Source of the DNA: a candidate division WWE3 bacterium
Lineage (GTDB): Bacteria > Patescibacteriota > WWE3 > UBA101185 > UBA10185
DNA: 39,568 nt
Direction of reading: 5' to 3'
NCBI GenBank assembly: GCA_052035175.1
Contig: JBPOHV010000001.1
Location: forward strand, 1 to 39,568
Within the stretch, counting starts at the first letter, position 1, and each line of letters opens with the position of its first letter. Shown in pieces: positions 10,635 through 19,943 of this stretch. The translations under genes were made by a program, and so were the position numbers. The notes below the pieces were generated by a model. It had not been told where the DNA came from, searched no databases, and saw only the letters and a list, made by a program, of their open reading frames with translations.

Positions 10635-12398
10635 TTAAGTCAATTGCTTTGACAACTCTTGCATCTTGACTGTAAGTTTTGAAAGTTGCTCAACATCCTT
10701 TTGTGCCTCGGCAAGTTTAACAGATTTACCCAGAACTACAAGCTGTCGCTTGGTATATTCGAGTTTTAGCCTGCTACTAGTCTTCTTTAGCTCTGTAACA
10801 ACGGCCTGAGGATCGCTTACGTCAATATTAAAGTTCCATAGCATAAGCTCAGTTACTAGTTTGGTAAGATCGGCAGATAAAGTAGTCACCAAAGACTTTA
10901 AAGTAGTCGCTTCAGAGTTTTGCTTTAAATACAGCGCAATCTCATTATATATAGTTCTAAGGTCGATATTCACAAATACCTCTGATGGTACGTCATAAAC
11001 AAAATCTCTCGCTATAGAAATATCCGCTTGAAACAATAATGCAATAAATAGCTTTTCGGTGTTTGACATACCTGGCGATGGTTGTAAGGCCGCAGGCTCA
11101 ATAAGAGAACTTTTCTTTGCAACATTTGGTGATTGTAAGCGCTCAAGTACGATTGAAACCGAGACATCTAGAACTTGTGAAATAATTTGTGCATAGTGGT
11201 CTATCAAAACTTTACTCTTAATATTCACAAAATAAGAGCGCATAGCATCTAAAGCTGCATCTTTCCCGTAAGGGGAGGCGGTATCCATAGACTTCGCCAA
11301 GGTTGTTATTACATAGTCATAATACAATATGGTATTTCTGATTATAGTAAAAGCATTGTCTGGATCTTTTTGAACCAATTCATCTAGATCTTTATAACCA
11401 CTGGGTATAATAATGCACTTAATTGTAAAATCCATATCTTCTGCCAACGTAATAGCTTTACGTGCAGCTGTCATACCAGCACTATCAGAATCAAAACAAA
11501 ACGTGATGTCTTTTGTATATCGAGAAATAGCAGCTAAATGCTGCTCGGTCAAAGCAGTTCCTAGCGGAGCAACCACGTTATGTATACCTATTTTTACACA
11601 ACTTATGACATCCATCGGCCCTTCTACAACCAATGCACCCTCTTTACGCATATGCATTTTTGCCAAATGGAGACCGTATACAAAGTTGCTCTTTTTAAAT
11701 ATTTCTGTTTCTGCAGTGTTTAGATATTTTGGTTGTTGATCTGGCGTAAGCGCCCGGCCAATAAAACCGAGTACTTGGCTGTCTATTCCTATTAAAGGGA
11801 ACAGAACTCTGTGTCGAAACTTATCAATATAACCATTACCACTAGTTCTCTTTACGGTAACGCCAGCGCGAGACATATCAACATCACTATATTTACGCGA
11901 TCGCAAAGCTTTATATAAAAAGTCCCATTCTTCTGGAGCATAACCAAGTTGAAACTGTGAAATAAGCTCTTTGGTTAGTTTACGTGTGTTCAAAAAATAA
12001 TCTAAGCCGTCTTTTCCAGCACTATGCGTCAACAAAACTTTATTATAAATTTTTGCAGATAAATCATTTATTGCATAAAGCTTAGATTTCTCGTCATGAG
12101 ATTTATAATCTTGGGATTCTCCAGAAATATCGACGCCAGCTTTATCAGCCAATTTCTTTTTGGCTTCATGAAAAGTCAAACCTTCAATCTTTTGTATAAA
12201 TGCAAATATATCTCCGCTTTCATTACAACCAAAACACTTATATATTCCAATATCTGGTGAAACCATGAAAGATGATGTTTTTTCATTATGAAATGGGCAA
12301 AGGCCTTTGTAATTCTTTCCGCTTTTTTTCAAATCGACATAACTACCCACAATATCAACTATGCTAAGTTTGTGTTTTATTTGGGAGATTGTATCCAT
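10635..12398 (-). CDS. dnaG: DNA primase
   Basis: CHC2 finger CPFHNEKTSSF...CFGC, PKYLNT, TOPRIM VVEGPMDV and CFDSDSAG; upstream of rpoD. Confidence 0.97.
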   Translation of the reverse strand: MDTISQIKHKLSIVDIVGSYVDLKKSGKNYKGLCPFHNEKTSSFMVSPDIGIYKCFGCNESGDIFAFIQKIEGLTFHEAKKKLADKAGVDISGESQDYKSHDEKSKLYAINDLSAKIYNKVLLTHSAGKDGLDYFLNTRKLTKELISQFQLGYAPEEWDFLYKALRSRKYSDVDMSRAGVTVKRTSGNGYIDKFRHRVLFPLIGIDSQVLGFIGRALTPDQQPKYLNTAETEIFKKSNFVYGLHLAKMHMRKEGALVVEGPMDVISCVKIGIHNVVAPLGTALTEQHLAAISRYTKDITFCFDSDSAGMTAARKAITLAEDMDFTIKCIIIPSGYKDLDELVQKDPDNAFTIIRNTILYYDYVITTLAKSMDTASPYGKDAALDAMRSYFVNIKSKVLIDHYAQIISQVLDVSVSIVLERLQSPNVAKKSSLIEPAALQPSPGMSNTEKLFIALLFQADISIARDFVYDVPSEVFVNIDLRTIYNEIALYLKQNSEATTLKSLVTTLSADLTKLVTELMLWNFNIDVSDPQAVVTELKKTSSRLKLEYTKRQLVVLGKSVKLAEAQKDVEQLSKLTVKMQELSKQLT

Positions 12399-12493
12399 TA
12401 CTCAAGGTATAGCATAAAAAATAGTTTATGAGAAGAAATGGGATTAAGCTTGAGTAGAATAGAGTACAGTAAAACTAGATGTGCTGTAAACCA

Positions 12494-13111
12494 TTAGCTT
12501 AGCGGGCCATCACTAGAAATACCCCGACCTGTATATATTTCTGCAAGCACATCAAAAGGAACTCTTACACTACTTCCATATATACCTATATTTCTTGGGT
12601 CGTGAATAATAAAAACTAAACCATCCTCTGTTTTTTCGAATCCTATAACTATGCACATATGACCTTCCATAGGCATTGATGCATCTATAGGCCTATATAA
12701 AACTTTCTGATCCAGATTTGAAATAGATGGTACATAAACAGAAATTACAACAGGAGTATTTACATTTAGCTTACTGATCAAAAGAGAAGGTGCACCTAAC
12801 ATGAAACTAACTACACTTTTATCAAATGACTTTGCAATCTTACATAAACCAGAATGTAACCAACCAATAGGTTCAACATAAGTTGTAGGTGTTTTAAACG
12901 AATCCATATAAACACCGCTCGATTCGACAGCGCACCCTTTATATTTCAAAAACATTAGCAAGCTAGCTATCCCACAATTTCCTGGTAAAGCAGGTATATA
13001 AGGAACGTCCAGTGTTTTGCTTTTGACGAAGGGTAGAAACATAGGCAAAATCACCGAGCGATCAATTTTAAAAATAAATGATTTTAAATATGAATAAACA
13101 AAGTTTTTCAT
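12494..13111 (-). CDS. Papain-fold peptidase C39-like protein
   Basis: Cys in NCGIASLLM, His in GHMCIVIGF, Asp in IHDP. Start moved to ATG 13111 because the longer ORF runs through tRNA-Ser. Confidence 0.75.
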   Translation of the reverse strand: MKNFVYSYLKSFIFKIDRSVILPMFLPFVKSKTLDVPYIPALPGNCGIASLLMFLKYKGCAVESSGVYMDSFKTPTTYVEPIGWLHSGLCKIAKSFDKSVVSFMLGAPSLLISKLNVNTPVVISVYVPSISNLDQKVLYRPIDASMPMEGHMCIVIGFEKTEDGLVFIIHDPRNIGIYGSSVRVPFDVLAEIYTGRGISSDGPLS

Positions 13112-13138
13112 ATAAAATAAATGCGTTGTTACACTCAA

Positions 13139-13228
13139 TGGCGGAGGGAGAGGGATTTGAACCCTCGGTGAGATTGCTCCCACACAGTCTTTCCAGGACT
13201 GCGCACTAGACCACTATGCGATCCCTCC
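13139..13228 (-). tRNA. tRNA-Ser(GGA)
   Basis: GGAGGGA/TCCCTCC acceptor, G73, encoded CCA, anticodon arm CAGTC-CTGGAAA-GACTG, long variable arm, TTCAAAT T-loop. Confidence 0.97.
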
Positions 13229-13287
13229 AAGCACGTGAATTTTAACATAAGAACAAAGGTAATTTACTAAAAAATGGTTTTGAGAAC

Positions 13288-13605
13288 TTACTTCTTTATG
13301 GGAGCTTTGATCTCTATCTTACCCAAATTTTTTCCAAAATACTTAAAAAGTAAATAAACAACAAATGCCAAAACCAAAAAGTCTACAAATACAGAGATAA
13401 AGTGACCATATCTGAAAACCACACCATTTAAAGTGAGCGAAAGTGTTTCTAAATTGACAACTGAACCAAACAATAACGAAAGCGAAGGATTTATCAAATC
13501 ATCTACCAAAGCCGATACCAAGCCAGAAACACCTGTACCCATAATAAACCCTATTGCGAGGCCAAATATGCCCTGTTCTCTTACAAATGCAATAAATCCC
13601 CTCAT
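13288..13605 (-). CDS. mscL: Large-conductance mechanosensitive channel
   Basis: MRGFIAFVREQGIFGLAIGFIMG, DDLINP, RYGHFISVFVDFLVLAFVVY. Confidence 0.9.
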   Translation of the reverse strand: MRGFIAFVREQGIFGLAIGFIMGTGVSGLVSALVDDLINPSLSLLFGSVVNLETLSLTLNGVVFRYGHFISVFVDFLVLAFVVYLLFKYFGKNLGKIEIKAPIKK

Positions 13606-14309
13606 AACTCTTTTGAATTTTCTTTAAATTTACCCAAGTCTGGATCCAAATATAGTTTGGGCAACATACTAGAAGGTTCCCATTTGGCTTTTAGATCATT
13701 AATATCTGAACTAGTTTGATATTTGCCTTTTTCAGCATATGAATCAGCAATTTCTATAGGTGTTACAGCATGAAAGATTATTTGTGCTATGCGTATACCT
13801 ACTGGTAAAGGTATTAGGGCATTACTAAAATTGGTGATTTCCATAGTCCACCTATTAACATAGCCAATATCCCCCCAGCCAGCACATTTACACACAGCTA
13901 TACCCAAACGGCCAATACTACTGCGAGCGCGCATTTCGGTTGTAACTGCCGGTAGAGTGTCTGTTCCATTCCTTCCGCCTATAAACTCTATTGTATGAGC
14001 CAAAATAGTTTCACCAGGAGAAACCAAGATTACTTTATCGTCTGGATCAAGATTGTGATAAGGGTTGGTTTCAGAAATTAACTCTTTCACATAACTGGCT
14101 TCTTCTAGGTTTGCATACATCTTTTCAATAGACGGTTGCCAAAATGGGTTGAGAGTTTGCGAATGTTTTAGAGCAGTTTGACGATAAAAAAACTTTCCTA
14201 ATCTAACGTCATAACTTGCGTTTGCTAAATTAGCCTCATTAAAAGGTTCTATAACAATATTCCCAGCTTTGTAGTGTTTTAATATGTCTGGTTTCGAAAG
14301 TACACTCAT
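13602..14309 (-). CDS. dcd: dCTP deaminase
   Basis: NASYDVRLG, RARSSIGRLG, AGWGDIGY, TMEITN, RIAQIIF. ATG 14309 chosen; TTG 14315 is also possible. Confidence 0.88.
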   Translation of the reverse strand: MSVLSKPDILKHYKAGNIVIEPFNEANLANASYDVRLGKFFYRQTALKHSQTLNPFWQPSIEKMYANLEEASYVKELISETNPYHNLDPDDKVILVSPGETILAHTIEFIGGRNGTDTLPAVTTEMRARSSIGRLGIAVCKCAGWGDIGYVNRWTMEITNFSNALIPLPVGIRIAQIIFHAVTPIEIADSYAEKGKYQTSSDINDLKAKWEPSSMLPKLYLDPDLGKFKENSKEL

Positions 14310-14332
14310 ACGCAAATAAAACTATAACATAC

Positions 14333-14427
14333 TGGCGGAGGGAGTGGGATTCGGTCACCGGTTCTCGCTGCTAGCGAGCCCGTCGACCCCGCCTCACTCA
14401 CTTTGCTCGTTCCGGCATTCGAATCCC
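14333..14427 (-). repeat. Duplicated 3' end of tRNA-Ser(CGA) carrying a 63-nt structured insert in the T-loop
   Basis: 14333-14353 is identical to 14481-14501 (21 nt); ATTCG repeated at 14349-14353 and 14417-14421 around two hairpins. Confidence 0.85.
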
Positions 14428-14480
14428 TTTATACCTTTCCACAAAATACGCGCTTACAATCAAAGCTATAACTGATTTAT

Positions 14481-14571
14481 TGGCGGAGGGAGTGGGATTC
14501 GAACCCACGTGTAGCTTGCGCCACGCTTGGTTTTCGAGACCAGCCCGGTATGGCCACTTCGGTATCCCTCC
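14481..14571 (-). tRNA. tRNA-Ser(CGA)
   Basis: GGAGGGA acceptor, loop CT-CGA-AA, long variable arm, TTCGAAT T-loop, G73, CCA. Confidence 0.96.
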
Positions 14572-14588
14572 AATCAGCGTAAGCTATA

Positions 14589-14664
14589 TGGTGCACCCGG
14601 AGGGATTTGAACCCCCGACTTCAGCGTCCGCAACGCTGCGTTCTATCCCCTGAACTACGGGTGC
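14589..14664 (-). tRNA. tRNA-Arg(GCG)
   Basis: 76-nt cloverleaf GCACCCG/CGGGTGC, anticodon arm CAGCG-TTGCGGA-CGCTG, A after the D-loop GG, CCA. Confidence 0.95.
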
Positions 14665-14730
14665 GCATCAAAGTTAAGGCTGCGCCAGCCTCAACACAGA
14701 TACTCTAATGTGAATTTAAAGGAAAAGCAA

Positions 14731-15333
14731 CTAGAATTCAAATGTATTGGCGATTTTCTTATAAGCCTTATCAAAAAAAGTCTCGGGTTCAGCATCTAGT
14801 TTTGGCAAATGCCTAGACAAGATTTCATTGAGCTTTGATAACTCTTCTTCATCTATAAACAAAAATAACCTACCCGGCAAAGCATCAAACGTATCAAATA
14901 CCAAGGCCTGCATACCGTTTAACTTTGTAGAAAAAAAGTGCTTAAGCTCTGGCCAATAATATTGTTTGTTGTCATACAAAACCCCATAATTACTCAATTC
15001 GTATTTGACACTTTCTGGAGGCGCTTGGGTCAAGACATGATTTATAAAAATCAAACTACCAATGACCAAAATAAGAGTAAATTGCTGCATTATCAAAAGA
15101 AGTCCAAGTATGACAAATCCGATAGTCAAAAAGACGCGATTAGCTCGATTGTTTGATTTGGTTTTAACTGGCCTAACGATACTTTCTTTAGAAAAATAAA
15201 TATCTTTTTTACCAACACTACGTATAAAGTCTTCTGGAACAAAAGCATCATTTATAGCTTTGGCAGACTCGATAGGGGTAGAAGAATAACTTGCAGTTCT
15301 TACAAAATCTTTAGCTTTATCTAAATATCCCAT
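14731..15333 (-). CDS. Hypothetical membrane protein (two TM helices plus a small soluble domain)
   Basis: Clean 200-aa ORF with a hydrophobic hairpin; CATAAT 6 nt upstream of the ATG. Confidence 0.7.
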   Translation of the reverse strand: MGYLDKAKDFVRTASYSSTPIESAKAINDAFVPEDFIRSVGKKDIYFSKESIVRPVKTKSNNRANRVFLTIGFVILGLLLIMQQFTLILVIGSLIFINHVLTQAPPESVKYELSNYGVLYDNKQYYWPELKHFFSTKLNGMQALVFDTFDALPGRLFLFIDEEELSKLNEILSRHLPKLDAEPETFFDKAYKKIANTFEF

Positions 15334-15378
15334 GTTGTAATTATGTTATCACTAAGACACCAGTCACTCAATACTTAC

Positions 15379-15469
15379 TGGCGGAGGGTGTGGGATTCGA
15401 ACCCACGGACCGCATTTCTACAGTCACGGTTTAGCAAACCGCTGCCTTGGGCCACTCGGCCAACCCTCC
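15379..15469 (-). tRNA. tRNA-Ser(GCT)
   Basis: GGAGGGT acceptor, arm GCGGT-TTGCTAA-ACCGT, long variable arm, TTCGAAT, G73, CCA. Confidence 0.96.
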
Positions 15470-15518
15470 ATTACATGCGAATTATACTCTAGTAAAGATC
15501 ATTTATGTATAAATTTCC

Positions 15519-16598
15519 TTATAAATAAGGTGCGTACTTCTCTTCAAGCTCTAATTCTTTTAAAAGCCCGCTCACTTCACGAACGTTATCTTTGTGAACA
15601 ACAATTATTGCATCTTTTGTATTTACAACCACAAAACCATCCAAACCTACAGCAGTGAGTAATTTATGTTCATCTTCATTTATCAGCAAAGAGTCTTTTG
15701 TTTCATAAACATGCACCAAACCTTTAGTCATATTTTCTGTAGTTTGGCCTAATGTAGCTTCTTTTAATGCGTACAAAGTACCGGGATCAGACCAGCCCAT
15801 GTCAGTAGAAATCACTACTGCCTGATTCGCTGGTACTTTTTCGGCAATCGCTTTGTCAAAATGCATTGCTTCTATAGTTGGGTATATCTGATTTACAACC
15901 TCAGATTCATTTTGAGTACCCAAAGCCTCTTCTATTTTTAATAATTTAGTATAAATTTCTGGAACCAATGTTTTATATAAATCGAGTGTAAATTCTAAAT
16001 CTACAATAAAATAACCAGGGTTCCACTTCCATTCTCCAGAGTCAAACATTTTTATACAATCGTCGACATCAGGTCTATATTTCCAGCCCAAAAACTCGTG
16101 CACGTTACCATTTAGATTTTTTCCTATATGAATCCACCCCAAATTATTTTCAGCATAGCGTGGATTTTCACCAACAAATACCAATTGTTTTGGATTTTCT
16201 AAAATCAGCTTTTCGCCCAACTTAAGAGCTTCTATAAAGCTTTCTGGACGATCCATAAGATGATCAGCCCACAAAATAGCAACTGGACCTTTATAACCAC
16301 GCTTTCGTAATTGCATAAAGTTATAACCAATAGCCGCTGCTAAGTCTCGCTTTTCTGGTTCACCCAAGATATTTGATACCGGTATTTGTGGAACTTGTTC
16401 TTTTACTAAAGAAACATAATTTTCATTTGTACTTATATAAACATTGTGCGTACCAAAGACTCTTTCTACTCTACGAACAGCATACTGCAAAGTAGAAGTA
16501 CCACCGTTAAACATCTTTTTAAATTGTTTAGGCAGATTTTTGCGTGATAATGGCCATAAACGACTCCCAGTGCCACCTGCAAATATCAGTATTTTCAT
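15519..16598 (-). CDS. manC: Mannose-1-phosphate guanylyltransferase (no cupin domain)
   Basis: AGGTGSRLWPLSRKNLPKQF, EPEKRDLAAAI, WNPGYF, WSDPG. Confidence 0.9.
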   Translation of the reverse strand: MKILIFAGGTGSRLWPLSRKNLPKQFKKMFNGGTSTLQYAVRRVERVFGTHNVYISTNENYVSLVKEQVPQIPVSNILGEPEKRDLAAAIGYNFMQLRKRGYKGPVAILWADHLMDRPESFIEALKLGEKLILENPKQLVFVGENPRYAENNLGWIHIGKNLNGNVHEFLGWKYRPDVDDCIKMFDSGEWKWNPGYFIVDLEFTLDLYKTLVPEIYTKLLKIEEALGTQNESEVVNQIYPTIEAMHFDKAIAEKVPANQAVVISTDMGWSDPGTLYALKEATLGQTTENMTKGLVHVYETKDSLLINEDEHKLLTAVGLDGFVVVNTKDAIIVVHKDNVREVSGLLKELELEEKYAPYL

Positions 16599-17269
16599 AA
16601 GGAGCCTATTATAGCATTTTTACTTTCGTACGGATCATTTCGCATGCCTCTTGCTAATGCCAATGCCTTAACCTCACAAGCTTCTGCGCAAAGCAGTACC
16701 TTTTTTGCCTCTAACAAAGTTGCACCAGTCGTACATACGTCATCTATTAACAAAAGTTTCTTACCAACTACTATATCTGCATTAGCCACAAAAGCACCTG
16801 CTAAGTTTTTAAATCTCTGCGACTTACTTTGCGTATATTGATGCTTTGTAGAAATATTACGAGCTAATAAGTTGTTACAAACCGGAATTCTAAGAATCTT
16901 AGAAAATTCATTTGCAATAATATCAGCCTGGTTAAAGCCCCTTTCCTTATATCTGTTGTTTGAAATAGGTATAGGTATACATAAAAAGTCACTAAACTGC
17001 TTATATAATGCTTCTCTGTAAATCATAGCTCCATACCGCGTAATCTCTGAAATACCAGAAAACTCTTTGCGGGCAAACTTTGATCTACGGATTAATTGAC
17101 GGACATTTCGTTCATATTTATAGAAATAATACACATCGAGACCAAGCACCCGCTCATACGATAAATTTTTGGACAAGCTGTGCAAACAACACTGCTTACA
17201 CAGTAAGCCCCCAAAAGCCCCACAACCCAAACATTTGTAACCAGATAATAAAGAAAAGAAGATATTCAT
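16595..17269 (-). CDS. comF: ComF family phosphoribosyltransferase-fold protein
   Basis: N-terminal CxxC...CxxC, RYKERGFNQA, LLIDDVCTTGATL. Confidence 0.9.
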   Translation of the reverse strand: MNIFFSLLSGYKCLGCGAFGGLLCKQCCLHSLSKNLSYERVLGLDVYYFYKYERNVRQLIRRSKFARKEFSGISEITRYGAMIYREALYKQFSDFLCIPIPISNNRYKERGFNQADIIANEFSKILRIPVCNNLLARNISTKHQYTQSKSQRFKNLAGAFVANADIVVGKKLLLIDDVCTTGATLLEAKKVLLCAEACEVKALALARGMRNDPYESKNAIIGSL

Positions 17270-17463
17270 AAGTTGTCCACAACATCGTTATCATTGTCAC
17301 ACCAACCAATAAACATGTTGTGACTTATAGTGAGACGGTGTCACGAACTTATAGTAATAATACTTACGCACATACGTTTTGCAAGAATTAAGGTTCTAAT
17401 AATACTAGAAAATGGAAATAGAATATAAAAACTACGAATTGTTATGAAAATGGGTTAATACCA

Positions 17464-17673
17464 CTAATCAAGGTACACTGTTTTTACATAAGTAAGCTTA
17501 TCACCAACATTCTTTTGAAAATGTGATGTTAACGCCTGTAAATTAGTGCGTGTCTGCTCTAAAAGGAACTGCGCTTGTTGCTCTGCGGGCATGTTACTCG
17601 TAGACATTAAAATCCCCAAAGATAGCTCTATTTCTTCATTAGTTTTTTCTGACTTTAAAATGATTTTTTGCAT
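17464..17673 (-). CDS. Small hypothetical protein (69 aa)
   Basis: ORF with TATAAT exactly 6 nt before ATG 17673. Confidence 0.55.
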   Translation of the reverse strand: MQKIILKSEKTNEEIELSLGILMSTSNMPAEQQAQFLLEQTRTNLQALTSHFQKNVGDKLTYVKTVYLD

Positions 17674-17698
17674 ATAAATATTATACACAAAAAAATAG

Positions 17699-18640
17699 TT
17701 AGCTCAGTAAAGATTTTTCAACTATCAAAAAAACAAAGTAAACCGTAATGAGAATCGCAGCTTCTATTCTACTAAGCTTTTTGCTAGTTATAGAAAATAT
17801 ATAAAAAAGAAATAATGTAATAAACAAAAAGATTATTGAAGTAAAGCCCAAGCTACTATCTTTACTTATAGGGCTAATTAAAGCTGTGACACCCAAAACA
17901 AGTGTTGAGTTGGCTACAACACTTCCTACTATATTTCCAAGAACTTCTCCGTTGTGATGTGTCTTAATAGCTTTTAGACCAAAAACTAGCTCTGGCAATG
18001 ACGTACCAAGCGCAGTTACTGTGATACCTATAAAAATTAGCGGAACATTTAGCAGCAAACCAACATTTTCAGCGACTTTGACCAGTAAGTCTGCTGATAC
18101 TAATAACGCCAAGATTGACATCAAAAAGATGCCCAATTCTTTATAAACTTTTATATTGTGTAAGTTATTAACGATTGCCTCTAAAATCGTACTGCGTCTT
18201 AAAACCAACACGAGATAAAATATATAAGCTACGAGCAGTAATATTGCATCAAATCTAGATAATAATCCATCGTACATCAACACCAACGGAAATGCGCCAA
18301 AAAATACTGTGTACACTAAGTCTTTGTTTTTGATTATTTCTTTAGTTGAAATGCCACCCCCAAGCAATAAAGGAATTGCCAATATTAGTGTCAAATCTGC
18401 AATATTTGATCCTAAAACATTACCGTAAGAAAGCGAAGGATTTTTATCTAAAGCAGAAACTATGCCAACCAGAAGTTCTGGTAATGAAGTCGCAAACGCA
18501 ATAACTAAAAAGCTAACTGTATATTCAGAAATATTGTAAAACCGGGCGATCCTTGTAGAAGACTTGATTAACCAAGTTGTAGATTTGACCATCAAAAAGC
18601 AAAGTAAAATGATGCCTATAAAATAAAGCAAAATGGTCAT
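17699..18640 (-). CDS. Ca2+/Na+ antiporter (YrbG family)
   Basis: Two alpha repeats: AFATSLPELLV/GNVLGSNIAD and ALGTSLPELVF/GNIVGSVVAN. Confidence 0.93.
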   Translation of the reverse strand: MTILLYFIGIILLCFLMVKSTTWLIKSSTRIARFYNISEYTVSFLVIAFATSLPELLVGIVSALDKNPSLSYGNVLGSNIADLTLILAIPLLLGGGISTKEIIKNKDLVYTVFFGAFPLVLMYDGLLSRFDAILLLVAYIFYLVLVLRRSTILEAIVNNLHNIKVYKELGIFLMSILALLVSADLLVKVAENVGLLLNVPLIFIGITVTALGTSLPELVFGLKAIKTHHNGEVLGNIVGSVVANSTLVLGVTALISPISKDSSLGFTSIIFLFITLFLFYIFSITSKKLSRIEAAILITVYFVFLIVEKSLLS

Positions 18641-18712
18641 ACATTAAGTATGACATCAAAAGTGTTTGGAAGGAATTCCTGGGTCACTAAACATCGCTAA
18701 TAATAACTCTAT

Positions 18713-18796
18713 ATGGTGGACCTTAACCAGCGATATTTCAACCGTCTATTGCAAGTAGTAATCCTTATAAACAAAAGTACTGTTAGTGTACAATAA
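18713..18796 (+). pseudogene. Orphan LSR C-terminal tail at the distal att junction (MVDLNQRYFNRLLQVVILINKSTVSVQ*)
   Basis: Same frame relative to the att core and same VDLN-x3-[WF]N-x-L pattern as the tail at 21522. Confidence 0.55.
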
Positions 18797-18809
18797 CAAA
18801 ATAAATACT

Positions 18810-19343
18810 ATGTACAATCCCTCACCGCAACAACAACAACAACTAGATCTCCTTTTTAAAATACTCGATTTAGCTAGTCAAAATAATATTCGATTATATG
18901 TTACTGGAGGATATGGGTTAGACGCCTTATATGGTGAATTGACAAGAAACCACAGAGATATTGATGTCTATTTACATACCAGTGATGAAGCGGGGTTTAT
19001 TAAAATATTAAATGCGCTTGGCTTTTCCGCGACTAGTCAGACCATAGGTGAAGTTAAAAAGAGAGAGTATAAAAATCCTGACTTTACAGACGAGTTCTCT
19101 ATCGAGTACGGAATTATAGAAGAAGGTATGAGGCTTATGAATACAACTTCCATAGCTGAGTATGTACCAACCACGCCTATTGGAGTATTAAATGGCAAAC
19201 CTATTTGGACATTTACTTTATTCGCGTTCAAAAAGATGCACACATTTAACAAGAGTCCTGCGGCAAGGCATACAGAACCCTATAGACACCAACACTGGCT
19301 TGATAATTTAATGCCTAAATTGGAGGTTAAATATGGAAAATGA
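18810..19343 (+). CDS. Nucleotidyltransferase, ANT(2'')-Ia/Lnu(A)-like family
   Basis: GGYGLDALYGELTRNHRDIDV matches the GG[WY]xxDxxxGxxTRxHxDxD signature. ATG 18810 chosen over GTG 18786. Confidence 0.8.
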   Translation: MYNPSPQQQQQLDLLFKILDLASQNNIRLYVTGGYGLDALYGELTRNHRDIDVYLHTSDEAGFIKILNALGFSATSQTIGEVKKREYKNPDFTDEFSIEYGIIEEGMRLMNTTSIAEYVPTTPIGVLNGKPIWTFTLFAFKKMHTFNKSPAARHTEPYRHQHWLDNLMPKLEVKYGK

Positions 19344-19893
19344 ATTACTTGAGCAACTAAAATTAATCTCTAAAGAACATATGGAAAAAGACAAATTTTT
19401 TCACGACTATGCGCATGCACTAGGGGTGTATTCCAATGTTGAAAAGCTACTGGAGCATGAAAACGGAAATAGACTTGCTTTACTTACCGCGGCACTTTTT
19501 CATGATATTTGTCGAGATCAAGAAGATCACGATAAGGTAGGTGCTAAACTGGCAAAAGAAATTTTAGAAGGAATTAAAGAGTTTCCAAAGGAACATTTAG
19601 ACTCAGTAATTGCACTAATCGAGAAGCACGAAGCAGGGCAGGTCACACAAGATCAAAAAATATTCTCGGATGCAGACAAAATGGAAGCATTTACACCACT
19701 TGGTTTTGCACGAGGTTTAATGATGTTTGCCGAATGGAAATATCCACTTAAAAAAGCCATTTTTACTTATGAGGAATTACTCAAAAAATGGTATAAAGGT
19801 TTTTATTTTGACGTGACTAACCACCTTGTAGAAACAAACTATTCGGAACTTAAAAAATACATCGATGAACTAAAAAGCAGATATAATTATTGA
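19333..19893 (+). CDS. HD-domain phosphohydrolase
   Basis: HDYAH, ALFHDI, IEKHE, DADKME; overlaps the upstream gene by 11 bp. Confidence 0.88.
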   Translation: MENELLEQLKLISKEHMEKDKFFHDYAHALGVYSNVEKLLEHENGNRLALLTAALFHDICRDQEDHDKVGAKLAKEILEGIKEFPKEHLDSVIALIEKHEAGQVTQDQKIFSDADKMEAFTPLGFARGLMMFAEWKYPLKKAIFTYEELLKKWYKGFYFDVTNHLVETNYSELKKYIDELKSRYNY

Positions 19894-19943
19894 TTTTTCC
19901 ATATTCCACTAAGTGTAAGAAATCCATAGAAGATTTAAGTATA

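Noticed and set aside
13112-13183. N-terminal extension of the C39-like ORF in the ORF track
   Set aside because: It is the reading of tRNA-Ser(GGA) on the same strand; ATG 13111 is the plausible start
17272-17281. TTGTCCACA resembling a DnaA box
   Set aside because: A single mismatched box with no cluster or dnaA nearby; not evidence of an origin
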